Shown here piece by piece: positions 10,251 through 19,349 of a DNA stretch of 64,000 nt; position 1 is the stretch's first letter; every line of letters starts with the position of its first letter. The position numbers and the translations under genes are program-made. The notes beneath the pieces were generated by a model. It was not told the origin of the DNA, searched no databases, and worked only from the letters and a program-made list of their open reading frames with translations. Source of the DNA: a bacterium. GTDB taxonomy: Bacteria > Patescibacteriota > Microgenomatia > Woykebacterales > RBG-16-39-9b. The DNA is taken from contig JAUYID010000009.1 in the NCBI GenBank assembly GCA_030704665.1, positions 793,702 through 857,701 on the forward strand, read 5' to 3'.

Positions 10251-10574
10251 CTAAAAAAACTTGCTCACTTCGAAGTTTATTTTTCCGACGATTGGCACCC
10301 GCTTTTTGCGCCCCCTTAGCGAAGAATACATACCATAAACCCAAAGAATAAAGAAGGAGAAATAGATCATTGTCGCAAAAATACTTCGGAAAGGGTCTGG
10401 GAAAAGTCGAACCGTTATCAAAGCCAAAGCCCCGCTACCGATCAGCAAAAAGGACTGATTACCATAAAAAACAGCATAGTCAGATTTTTTGGCTAGAGCA
10501 AAAGGAAGGAAAAAAAGTACCCAAGCGGAAAAAGCAATAATTTTCTCTTTGGTCGTCGGTTTTTCCTGTTCCAT
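10251..10574 (-). CDS. Small membrane protein (DUF4870-like)
   Basis: Three TM segments; FYGNQS and RVPIVG pattern. Confidence 0.65.
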   Translation of the reverse strand: MEQEKPTTKEKIIAFSAWVLFFLPFALAKKSDYAVFYGNQSFLLIGSGALALITVRLFPDPFRSIFATMIYFSFFILWVYGMYSSLRGRKKRVPIVGKINFEVSKFF

Positions 10575-10620
10575 TCTTTGGTTTTAAGTTTAGTTGAAGA
10601 GAGAGTCAATTACAATTGGA

Positions 10621-10923
10621 TCAAAAGGTAGCGGCGTCGGAATCGTTGGCTTTCAGGTCTGTTTCAGCACTATCAAGGTCAGTAGTATCCAAAGTGTTCA
10701 AAGCTTTGTCGAGATCGGCGCTGGAATTGACCGTCGGAACTGCACTTGAAGTCGATGTTGGGGTGTTGGTTGATTTAGCTGGTTGGTTGTAAACAAAGAA
10801 GTAATAAACCACAGCAGCGAGCAAAAGTACCGCTACTAGCAAACCAAGTAGCAAGGCAGTCTTGTTGTTTGTTTTTTTTGGTTCTGCGCTCACTGTCGGC
10901 TTCTGAACTTGATTTTCGTCCAT
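10621..10923 (-). CDS. Membrane-anchored hypothetical protein
   Basis: TM helix, Thr/Ser-rich linker, acidic tail. Confidence 0.7.
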   Translation of the reverse strand: MDENQVQKPTVSAEPKKTNNKTALLLGLLVAVLLLAAVVYYFFVYNQPAKSTNTPTSTSSAVPTVNSSADLDKALNTLDTTDLDSAETDLKANDSDAATF

Positions 10924-10925
10924 GG

Positions 10926-11555
10926 TTAGTTAGAACTTTCTGCTGAGCTAGTTGCTTCTTTTTCAGCTTTTCCAATTGCACTCTTAACCCCAACGATAAG
11001 ATCCCTGATTGATCTGCGGTAGCTCTTGAGTGCTTTGACCCCGGCACGAAAGTCATCTTTGAAATTTTGAATTTGTCCTTTGGGATCAGTACCACTGCAG
11101 TCCAAACTTTCAGCAGATTGGCTTGCCGCGTCCAGTGCAGTTTGGGCGAGAGCCTTTTTCTCGGTAATAGTGTTTTTTAGATCATCATAGTTGGGAACGG
11201 TGATCCCTCTAGGTAAGACTTTGTCGGTGTAAAAGGTTTCAACCCGAGTCGCGATCAAGCCAAAAATTTCAAACTGCCTCTCGGCCCGCTTGACTAGTCT
11301 CTCCGAGCGGTTGATGATAATATTTTTTCTGGTTTCACAAACTCTGAGTTTGACCGCGTCAAGTTTTTCTTTGTGACGGGCCGAGCGAGTGGCGATACGG
11401 TCTTCCCGTTCTTGTTCAAACTCCTTGATCCTACGCTCAATCCTATCTTTTAGGTCGTGATCCTCAGGATCGTCTTTCCCTTCCTTGGCAAAAACAGGAG
11501 TAAGTGAAGTAACTACAAACAGTGAAGAGGTGAGGAGGAAAAGAAACTTTCTCAT
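10926..11555 (-). CDS. Secreted helical/coiled-coil hypothetical protein
   Basis: Signal peptide ending in VFA; charged helical body with two Cys. Confidence 0.75.
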   Translation of the reverse strand: MRKFLFLLTSSLFVVTSLTPVFAKEGKDDPEDHDLKDRIERRIKEFEQEREDRIATRSARHKEKLDAVKLRVCETRKNIIINRSERLVKRAERQFEIFGLIATRVETFYTDKVLPRGITVPNYDDLKNTITEKKALAQTALDAASQSAESLDCSGTDPKGQIQNFKDDFRAGVKALKSYRRSIRDLIVGVKSAIGKAEKEATSSAESSN

Positions 11556-11631
11556 TGATAATCACTCTATCTCATTTGGCAAATTTTGTCAAAAAGAGCT
11601 TTCTTAAGAAGAGTTGAAAGGCGTCGGCAGA

Positions 11632-12198
11632 TTAACGTGACTTTACATTCATATACCTACGCAAACAAAGGAAGGTCATCCCAAATTCAAAAATAACTAA
11701 ATATAACGGGTACAAGTAGCCGGATAACTGAGATTTATCCGCGCCCAAAAAAGCAAGGGCCGAAGCTACCGCAAAAAACAACCAAAACAAAATATCCTCA
11801 TCCTTCGGGTCTTCAAAAACCTTTTTGTAGGTAGGAATTCCACCAATGAAGTGGGCGAGCAAACCAATTGATAAATTTAAAAGTGGGAGTTTTGTAAACA
11901 ACCAAATGCCTAAACTAATAATTAATAAAAGGCTAGCAATAAGTTCCGTCGGACCAAATGTTTTTTTAGATTTTCTCAAGGACAAAATAAGTACGATAGA
12001 ACTACCGAAAAGTCCCAATCCAGCCAACAATATTACTGAAAAACTGTTTTTCAAAGCAACAACACTGGCAAAGGCATTGACAGATAAAAGTAACCAAACA
12101 ACTCTACTGTAGATACTCGGATAGTATTTGTTCTGAAAAATTGATTTTATGCCAACGTAGTAAGAAGCAGCTACAAACAAACCTATGAGAAAGTTCAT
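11632..12198 (-). CDS. Polytopic membrane protein
   Basis: About 7 hydrophobic segments; IPTYKK...P..E motif; AT-rich, directly downstream of tRNA-Gln. Confidence 0.72.
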   Translation of the reverse strand: MNFLIGLFVAASYYVGIKSIFQNKYYPSIYSRVVWLLLSVNAFASVVALKNSFSVILLAGLGLFGSSIVLILSLRKSKKTFGPTELIASLLLIISLGIWLFTKLPLLNLSIGLLAHFIGGIPTYKKVFEDPKDEDILFWLFFAVASALAFLGADKSQLSGYLYPLYLVIFEFGMTFLCLRRYMNVKSR

Positions 12199-12241
12199 AA
12201 ACTTAGTATATCAGCTGCGGTTGGGGAGTGAATTATTGATT

Positions 12242-12315
12242 TGGCTCGGGGGCAGGGATTCGAACCCCGATAAGCAGATCCAGAATCTGCTGTCCTACCG
12301 TTAGACGACCCCCGA
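12242..12315 (-). tRNA. tRNA-Gln(CTG)
   Basis: TCGGGGG acceptor stem, GCAGA-TT-CTG-GA-TCTGC anticodon arm, GTTCGAATC T-loop, encoded CCA. Confidence 0.96.
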
Positions 12316-12372
12316 AAGTGAATGTATTTTACCAGATTGCCACTCCAGCCTCAAATGCTTTAGAATTTATTT

Positions 12373-13284
12373 ATCTTAAAATTTATTCGAAGAAATTGGA
12401 AAAAACTAATTGGGTTACTAGTAATTGCGCTTGTGCTTGGGTATTTAGCATTTTCTTTGTTTGCCGCCCATACTCTCACCAAACCACTGAGTCGTTATTT
12501 GGACAAGTCGCCAAAATTAATTTCCGAAAAATATGAGGATATAAATTTCACCACGGAAGATGGTTTAAAACTAACCGGCTGGCTTTTAAAGCCGCAAAAT
12601 CAAAGTGAAAAACTAATCATCTTTGTTTCTGGTCTACGGGGCAATCGTACTGATGAAGGCTACGACACGGTCAGAATTTCTCAAGAACTACTGGCCAAAG
12701 GCTATAATATTTTACTTTACGATCCTCGCGCTCGTGGAGACTCAAAGGGAACTCGCTACACTCTAGGCGACAAAGAAGCCAAGGATGTGGTTGCTGCAGT
12801 TGCCTTTGCCAAAAACCGTGGTTTTCTCCCGGAAAAAATTGGTTTGGTTGGCAATTCCACAGGAGCAATCAGTCTTCTGATGGCAATTGATAGAGTCAAC
12901 GATGTAGGGGCGGTTGTAATTGACAGCGCAGCTGCTCGTTTTGGCCCGATCATAACCTCTCGTCTTTGGGTTGAAACTCACGTTCCTTTTTTCTTTGAGC
13001 CAGGTATTTTCTTTTTTGCCAAGACTTTTTTTGGGGCAGATTTTGCCGCAATCAAACCGATCGAAAAAGTAAAACTTGTTCCTAGCCGAAAATTCCTCTA
13101 CCTTCACACCACCAACGACCACTCGGTTTTACCAAAAGAAAGCGAGGAACTCTTGGCCAGTTCCAACTCAGGTAGTAAACTTGTTCTCTTTCCCGACGGA
13201 GGACACATCGAAACTTACAAAAAGAACCCGGCTCTGTATCGAGACCAGGTTTACAAATTTTTGGACGAAGAGCTCGGCCCGTAG
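12373..13284 (+). CDS. Membrane-anchored alpha/beta hydrolase; start uncertain (ATC 12373 or GTG 12433)
   Basis: DGLKLTGW, YDPRARGDS, GNSTG nucleophile elbow, terminal GGH; the frame is open from 12364. Confidence 0.82.
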   Translation: MLKFIRRNWKKLIGLLVIALVLGYLAFSLFAAHTLTKPLSRYLDKSPKLISEKYEDINFTTEDGLKLTGWLLKPQNQSEKLIIFVSGLRGNRTDEGYDTVRISQELLAKGYNILLYDPRARGDSKGTRYTLGDKEAKDVVAAVAFAKNRGFLPEKIGLVGNSTGAISLLMAIDRVNDVGAVVIDSAAARFGPIITSRLWVETHVPFFFEPGIFFFAKTFFGADFAAIKPIEKVKLVPSRKFLYLHTTNDHSVLPKESEELLASSNSGSKLVLFPDGGHIETYKKNPALYRDQVYKFLDEELGP

Positions 13285-13297
13285 AAAATTGTTTTTT

Positions 13298-14542
13298 TTA
13301 ATAACTAGTCGTTGGGAAAATCAGAGTAAAAGTAGTTCCTTTTCTTCTAGCAGTCTTTACCTCCAAATCCCCTTTCATTGCCTTCATCAAACTCTTGGCT
13401 ACGTACAAGCCTAAACCCAAACCTTTGATTTCTTTGTCATTGGTTGCTTGGGTATAAAGTTTATCAAAAAGGTGTTTCTTTACTTCATCACTGATCCCCG
13501 CACCACTATCTTCAACGCTTAAGGTTAACCTGCTCAAACTGCGCTGCGAGCCAATTTTCACTCTGCCATACTCTGGGGTAAAACGCACCGCGTTCTCAAC
13601 CAAAATTGTCAGTATTTCGATCAAGCGCTCCGGATCAACTGAGACCTGATAGTTAGCTGGTACGGAAACTACCAAATCAATCTTCTTTTCTTTGGCATCA
13701 GTGGAGATTCCTTTGAGAGCGTCTTCAACTGTTTTTTTCACATTGATAGTCTGGATATAAAACCTGATTTTGCCAGTTTCCAAACGAGAAACTTCCAGCA
13801 GTAAGCTGACCAAATTTGCCAATTTGTTCGCTGTATAAAAAGCTTTTGAAAGTTTGGCATTAGCGGCAGCCTTCACCGAAGACTCATTTAGCAAAAGCTC
13901 AAGGTAACCCCGAATGGCGGTAATCGGACTACGCAACTCATGAGAGATGATGAAAACAAACTCATCTTTGAGCTTACTCACCTCTTCAAGTTGCTCAATC
14001 TTGACATCTTCTTCCTTCTTTTTTGAGTTCGAAACTTCAGAAGAAAGTAGTCTTCCGTAAGAAGCAACCAAACCTATTGCCCAAATATGGAACCCCAAAA
14101 CTGAAAGTACTTTTGGTCCGGCTGTTTCTAAATCAGCTAAACCCTGGATAGTGATAAAACTAAAAGCGCTAGCCACTATTCCGAAGGTAAAGGAAAGGGG
14201 CATGTTGGCTGCAACATTCAGAATAGGCAGGAAATAAAGAAAAAGAAAGTAGCCGTTCAAGCCACCCGTGAAGTTAACCACCAAAGAAATAGCAACGACA
14301 TCGACCACAGCCTCGATAAAATTTTTAGTTCGGCCGGTAAAATCTTTTGGGGTGAGACGATGCCAAACGACCGAAAAGGCAGCAGTGCTCAAGGCGATCA
14401 AAATAACAATTGGTCGGTTTATTTCAAACGGAAAGGGTAGCTGAATGATGATCAGTCCCATAATGACAGTAATATAGGTAAAGTACTCACCCAGTCTTTC
14501 CTGTCTTTTCAGATTTTCTTTCGAGATAGAGTCTTCTGTCAT
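13298..14542 (-). CDS. Membrane sensor histidine kinase (HisKA + HATPase)
   Basis: TM sensor region; ISHELRSPI H-box; ENAVRF, DSGAGI, GLGLGL. Confidence 0.9.
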   Translation of the reverse strand: MTEDSISKENLKRQERLGEYFTYITVIMGLIIIQLPFPFEINRPIVILIALSTAAFSVVWHRLTPKDFTGRTKNFIEAVVDVVAISLVVNFTGGLNGYFLFLYFLPILNVAANMPLSFTFGIVASAFSFITIQGLADLETAGPKVLSVLGFHIWAIGLVASYGRLLSSEVSNSKKKEEDVKIEQLEEVSKLKDEFVFIISHELRSPITAIRGYLELLLNESSVKAAANAKLSKAFYTANKLANLVSLLLEVSRLETGKIRFYIQTINVKKTVEDALKGISTDAKEKKIDLVVSVPANYQVSVDPERLIEILTILVENAVRFTPEYGRVKIGSQRSLSRLTLSVEDSGAGISDEVKKHLFDKLYTQATNDKEIKGLGLGLYVAKSLMKAMKGDLEVKTARRKGTTFTLIFPTTSY

Positions 14543-15808
14543 TTAAATTTTAATAGTGAATTTAAAGCTAGTCCCTTGATCAACCTCTGACTCAAACCAA
14601 ATTTTTCCTCCTTGTCTTTCAACTAATTGTTTGGTAATAAAAAGGCCAAGTCCAGTACCTTTGGGTTCAGCCCGATCGCCACGATCAACCCGGTAAAATT
14701 TTTCAAACAAGTGCTTTTGAGCTTCTTGGGGAATTCCAAAACCTTGATCTTGCACCTCTACTACGACCATACCTTCCTTTTTTTCTAGACTCACCTTGAC
14801 CTCTTTGCCCGGATAAGAGTACTTGATTGCGTTGTCGACCAAGTTGGCAATCACCTCGTGAAGTCGACCTGAATCGGCTTGAACAATAAGTTGGTTTTTT
14901 GGCGGCTCATAAATTAGCTTGATGTTTTTTTCGTGGGCGGGAAAAGTAAAGTCCGACATAGTTGAGGCGATAACTTGTCCCAAATCGACATCCTTGATCT
15001 CAAGATTTAGCTTGCCTGACTCAAGCCTCGAGAGATCGGAAAGATCACCCACCAAACTTGCCAAGCGGTCAGAATTTTCCTGGGTTTTTTGCAAAATGTC
15101 ATTTTGTTCTGCTTTGAAGTTTTTTGCTTCTTGAGCTAAATCCTTGAGGTACTCTTGGAGAAACCCAATCGGCTCTTTAAGTTTGTTGGAGATAATAAAA
15201 ACAAACTCATTTTTTACCTGATCAACAGCCTCAACTTTCTCCATTTTTGCTTCTTCTTCACGCCCCTTCGCCGCCTTTTCCTCCTGGAAAATAAGCCACC
15301 CGTAGCTGGTCGTCAAAAGCAATCCCCAAGTATGCAAAAACCCCATGCTAATACTTTTGCTTCCCAAACTAGGATCAGCACTTCCCAAAAAAGCTTCCAA
15401 GCCGATGAAAAATGTAGCCAAGACTACAACGGCAACTGTTTTCATCATGGTCATACTTGCCGCGGTCGTAATAGAAGCGACATAAAAAAGAAAAATCACT
15501 GCGCTCTGCGAACCTCGAGTGAAATGCACCACAACCTCAATGAAAAAGATGGTCAACAAGGCAAAAACAAAGTTTTTAGTTTCTCCGGAGAATTTTTTTG
15601 GTAGAAGCCGAAACCAGGCCACACTCAGCCCGGCAATGATGGCAATTGAGATATGAAGACTTCTTTGGTCAAATGTGAATTGGAAGGGTAAAAAGGAAAA
15701 AAAGAAACCGCCAACAATCGCTATGTAAGTAAAAATTTCTGCTAGAGCCTCAAAGTGCAGGTATTTTTCTTTCGCACTTTCCTCTATTCTCGCATCGGCA
15801 GTTTCCAT
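14543..15808 (-). CDS. Histidine kinase paralog lacking the phospho-acceptor His (pseudokinase)
   Basis: H-box reads ISNKLKEPI; canonical NLVDNAIKYS, DQGFGI, LFEKFYR, GTGLGL. Confidence 0.87.
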   Translation of the reverse strand: METADARIEESAKEKYLHFEALAEIFTYIAIVGGFFFSFLPFQFTFDQRSLHISIAIIAGLSVAWFRLLPKKFSGETKNFVFALLTIFFIEVVVHFTRGSQSAVIFLFYVASITTAASMTMMKTVAVVVLATFFIGLEAFLGSADPSLGSKSISMGFLHTWGLLLTTSYGWLIFQEEKAAKGREEEAKMEKVEAVDQVKNEFVFIISNKLKEPIGFLQEYLKDLAQEAKNFKAEQNDILQKTQENSDRLASLVGDLSDLSRLESGKLNLEIKDVDLGQVIASTMSDFTFPAHEKNIKLIYEPPKNQLIVQADSGRLHEVIANLVDNAIKYSYPGKEVKVSLEKKEGMVVVEVQDQGFGIPQEAQKHLFEKFYRVDRGDRAEPKGTGLGLFITKQLVERQGGKIWFESEVDQGTSFKFTIKI

Positions 15809-15835
15809 TCTTCCTTTATGTTAGCAGGAAAAGCC

Positions 15836-17254
15836 TTAATCAGAAAGCTTGGCTACTACCTGACCTAGTCTCGCTAAAGTTTTTTCTTTGCCAAGAGCTT
15901 CGAGAGTATCGAAAAGAGGCGGTGTTGCTCTACTTCCAGTGGCAGCAAGGCGAAGTGTCATAAACAAGTCACTATTTGACCAATCAATTTCTTTTTGCTT
16001 ATTTTTAATAGCTTCTTCAATTTTGTCTTTTTCCCATGAATTTAACTGCTTTAATGGTTTTTCAAAAATTTCCAAGACCTTCTTTGTCTCTTCCTTCGTT
16101 TTGCCCTTTTGCACAAGAAGATCAACAGCAATCTCGCTATCTTCAAAAAAGTAACTTACTAGTTGATCAAACTCGGACAGCTTCTTCATTCTCTCCTTGA
16201 CCAAAGGTAAAACCAATTTCATTTGTGCTTCTGAAAACTTGGTAAATTTTCCTTTTATTAACGTGCTTGCCAAGTCTGTTTCAGAAATTTTTCGGATATA
16301 CTCTCCGTTGAGCCAATCAAGTTTTTGGTTATCGAAAACTGGTCCCGCCGGGTCTACCCTTTTTAAATCCAGTTTTTCAACGAATTCCTCAAGACCAAAA
16401 ATCTCTTTCCCGTCTGGCATCGACCAGCCCATCAGAGCAAGAAAATTGCGTAGAGCTTCGGGCAAATAGCCTTGCTGCCGATACCAAAGAACTGAGACTG
16501 GGTTTTTCCTCTTTGAAAGTTTTGATTTATCTGGATTGCGCAGCAGAGGCAAATGAGCAAAAACCGGTAACTCCCAGCCAAAAGCTTGGTAGAGGAGGAC
16601 ATGTTTTGAGGTAGATGAAAGCCAGTCTTCCCCTCGAATCACGTCAGTGATCTCCATCAAGTGATCGTCGACCACGGCAGCAAGATGATAAGTGGGAAAA
16701 CCATCGGATTTCAACAAAACTTGATCATCAATGTCAGAGTTTTTGAAAGTGACTTTGCCCCGGATCAGATCTTCAAACGAAGTTTCTCCTTCTTTGGGAA
16801 CTTTGAGACGGACAACTGTTTTTGTAAGCTGCGTGGGAGGGTTTTCCCTGCACTTTCCGTCGTAATGAGGTACTTGTCCTCTGGATTGTTGTTCCTCCCG
16901 AACTTTTTGCAATCTTTCTGAGGAACAGTCACAATAAAAGGCTGCGCCTTTTTCCACCAGTTCTTGCGCATGTTTTTTGTAAATTGAAAGTCTTTCTGAT
17001 TGTTTGTAGGGCCCAAAGTCTCCTCCTTGTTTCGGACCTTCGTCGGCTTTGAGACCAAGCCAGTCGAGAGCTTCGTAAATTTCTTCTTCGGCTCCTTGAA
17101 CGAGTCTGGTCTGATCGGTATCTTCAATACGAACGATGAAATCTCCCTTGTTTTTTCGAGCAAAGGCGTAGTTGAACAGCGCCGTGTAGGCAGTACCAAT
17201 GTGAGGGTCTCCCGTCGGAGAAGGAGCGATTCGGACTCGAGTTTTCTTTGACAT
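15836..17254 (-). CDS. gltX: Glutamate--tRNA ligase
   Basis: RVRIAPSPTGDPHIG, RIEDTD, KLSKR; start corrected to ATG 17254 (TATAAT-6nt-ATG). Confidence 0.96.
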   Translation of the reverse strand: MSKKTRVRIAPSPTGDPHIGTAYTALFNYAFARKNKGDFIVRIEDTDQTRLVQGAEEEIYEALDWLGLKADEGPKQGGDFGPYKQSERLSIYKKHAQELVEKGAAFYCDCSSERLQKVREEQQSRGQVPHYDGKCRENPPTQLTKTVVRLKVPKEGETSFEDLIRGKVTFKNSDIDDQVLLKSDGFPTYHLAAVVDDHLMEITDVIRGEDWLSSTSKHVLLYQAFGWELPVFAHLPLLRNPDKSKLSKRKNPVSVLWYRQQGYLPEALRNFLALMGWSMPDGKEIFGLEEFVEKLDLKRVDPAGPVFDNQKLDWLNGEYIRKISETDLASTLIKGKFTKFSEAQMKLVLPLVKERMKKLSEFDQLVSYFFEDSEIAVDLLVQKGKTKEETKKVLEIFEKPLKQLNSWEKDKIEEAIKNKQKEIDWSNSDLFMTLRLAATGSRATPPLFDTLEALGKEKTLARLGQVVAKLSD

Positions 17255-17343
17255 GAGACGATTATAGCTTCTCAAGTAAGTTTTAAACAAGTTGGGCCGA
17301 ACTTGAAGCTCGGAGTACCTTTCCGTTATACTAAAAAGAAGAG

Positions 17344-18432
17344 ATGAACCTGTCCCAAACCGCCATTGAAGCACGTTTGATCATCCGCTGGGCTCTGATC
17401 GCTATCGGAGGAATCATTTTTCTCTGGTTTGTTTTTATCACCACTCGGGCGATTGTTCGAGCTCTTTTGCCCAAAGAGCCCGTTCTTCCGACGGTAGCAT
17501 TTGGAAGGTTGCCGACCCCGCTTGCTACCAACGGTGCCATTTCGGGGGCCTCAATCGAAATTGACACTCCTGATGGCAGTCTTCCCTCTTTTCCCTCAAT
17601 GGTCAAGGTTTACGCAATACCCCAACCAAGTGGAAAAATCAATTCTTTGGATATCGCCAGCAAAAGAGCGGGCCAATATGGAATCAACGGCAATCCTAAG
17701 GCTCTTTCTTCTACTTTGTACCGCTGGCAAGACAAGGAAAGACCAGCACTCACTATCACTATCGATATCGTCACCGGTAATTTTAACTACAAATATGATT
17801 GGGTCGCAGATCCCAAAGTACTCCCCAAATCTTTTGACAAAGACGAGCTTCTCGCCGCTGGACCACGAGCACAAACCTTTCTTGGGCAGGGTTTTTCGGG
17901 CTTCAATGATTTTAAAGACGGTGAAGTAAAATCAAGCTATGTCCATATTTCCGGCTCAGAAAGAAGCACGGTTTCTAGCCCTTCGGAAGCGAATGCAGTT
18001 GAGGTCGATGTTTTCCGCAAAAAACTTGAGAGTAAATATTCCGTCGTCAGCTTCCACCCAACTCAATCTTTGATGAGAGTCTTGGTCGTTCCAGATGTAC
18101 CCAACAACAGTAGCGTTGATATACTCCAGGCCAGTTTTACTCATTGGGCAGTTGACTTTGACAATGGTTCGACCTACCCACTGAAAACTTCTTCGCAGGC
18201 TTTTGACGAGCTAAGGACGAATCGCGCTTATATTGTTTCAGGAAAACTGCAAGGTTTAGCTCGAGTAAAGGTAACTGATGTGCAACTTTCTTATTTAGAA
18301 ACAGAAAACTACTCTTCCTACTTACAGCCGATTTTTGTTTTCAAGGGCCAAGCACAATCCGGAAAAACCAAAGCTGATTTCATCGCCTATGTCCCCGCCG
18401 TCAGCTCCGATTGGCTACGATCAATTAACTAA
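17344..18432 (+). CDS. Membrane-anchored hypothetical protein
   Basis: 362-aa ORF, N-terminal TM, C-terminal YLQPIFVF...YVPAV. Confidence 0.78.
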   Translation: MNLSQTAIEARLIIRWALIAIGGIIFLWFVFITTRAIVRALLPKEPVLPTVAFGRLPTPLATNGAISGASIEIDTPDGSLPSFPSMVKVYAIPQPSGKINSLDIASKRAGQYGINGNPKALSSTLYRWQDKERPALTITIDIVTGNFNYKYDWVADPKVLPKSFDKDELLAAGPRAQTFLGQGFSGFNDFKDGEVKSSYVHISGSERSTVSSPSEANAVEVDVFRKKLESKYSVVSFHPTQSLMRVLVVPDVPNNSSVDILQASFTHWAVDFDNGSTYPLKTSSQAFDELRTNRAYIVSGKLQGLARVKVTDVQLSYLETENYSSYLQPIFVFKGQAQSGKTKADFIAYVPAVSSDWLRSIN

Positions 18433-18436
18433 CTAT

Positions 18437-18880
18437 TTAGTCTTCCCTGATAAAATGAATTTTTAAAGCTAGTTTTTTTGCTGTTTTGTACTCGTCGGTA
18501 GCGCCTTTTGATTCTTGCCACCTTGGAGTCATAAAAATATGTGATACCCAACCACTATTTAGAATTTGCCTCCAAAAATCCTCAAAACTTTCAGCTGGGA
18601 GCTCAAAAGCATTGAGACGGGCAAAAACTTCGTTTGAGAAGACATCAACTGCTGAAAAAATTGGAAATTCTCTTTGTGCACGAACTTTGGCAGTGTAACC
18701 ATCGAGAACCTCAATGTTTTTCTGAATTTTATCTGGTCCATCCGAAGTAATAATTCCTGAAACATAGCCAATAGACTTTTTCTTCCCATCCCCAGCAACG
18801 TGAAAGGCCTTGAAAACACCCTCTAAAACTTCTGCCAGGGTGCTTGCCTCTTTCACATGTTCTTGCAGCAACTCGGTCAT
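18437..18880 (-). CDS. Hypothetical protein, DUF4406/nucleoside 2-deoxyribosyltransferase-like fold
   Basis: YVSGIIT...IFMTPRWQESKGATDE pattern. Confidence 0.6.
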   Translation of the reverse strand: MTELLQEHVKEASTLAEVLEGVFKAFHVAGDGKKKSIGYVSGIITSDGPDKIQKNIEVLDGYTAKVRAQREFPIFSAVDVFSNEVFARLNAFELPAESFEDFWRQILNSGWVSHIFMTPRWQESKGATDEYKTAKKLALKIHFIRED

Positions 18881-18887
18881 AAACTAG

Positions 18888-19343
18888 TTAGATTTTAACC
18901 CTTTCCAAATCATTCTCAACAAAAATTGGGTTAAGCCCAAGTATTTCTTCCTTTAACATTAACTCGTCTGCAACGTAATTTAAAATAAAAATTGGCTTTT
19001 TGTGCAAGTAAGCAACTAACATCTCCAAGAGCACGTTTCCCCCAATGTAACCTTCAATATCCTTTTTCGTATGATTCAAAACTAGAATTGCGTCCGATTC
19101 AATTACTTTTTTGAAATGTTGTTTCATCAATTTGGTTTTTATTTTGTAATCGTCGGGGTTGTTCAGCCAAGTGCGTACTTTCGAAACGTCGAAATCATTA
19201 CTTCTTTGCATTTTGCGAGCGATAAAAGGGATTTTAACTTTAAAACCAAGTTTCTTGAGTTCTTTTTCTGTACTTAAAACATCACGATAAAAATAAGCGC
19301 TGGAACACAGAGTGATTGTCTTTTTAGAAGTTTTCATGACCAA
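18888..19343 (-). CDS. Nucleoside 2-deoxyribosyltransferase-like protein
   Basis: ITLCSS...SDAILVLN...GYIGGNVLLEM...KKPIF. Confidence 0.65.
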   Translation of the reverse strand: MVMKTSKKTITLCSSAYFYRDVLSTEKELKKLGFKVKIPFIARKMQRSNDFDVSKVRTWLNNPDDYKIKTKLMKQHFKKVIESDAILVLNHTKKDIEGYIGGNVLLEMLVAYLHKKPIFILNYVADELMLKEEILGLNPIFVENDLERVKI

Positions 19344-19349
19344 AAGAGC

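Noticed and set aside
17255-17374. N-terminal extension of gltX in the ORF track
   Set aside because: It overlaps the divergent gene and both promoters; homology begins at MSKKTRVRIAPSPTG.
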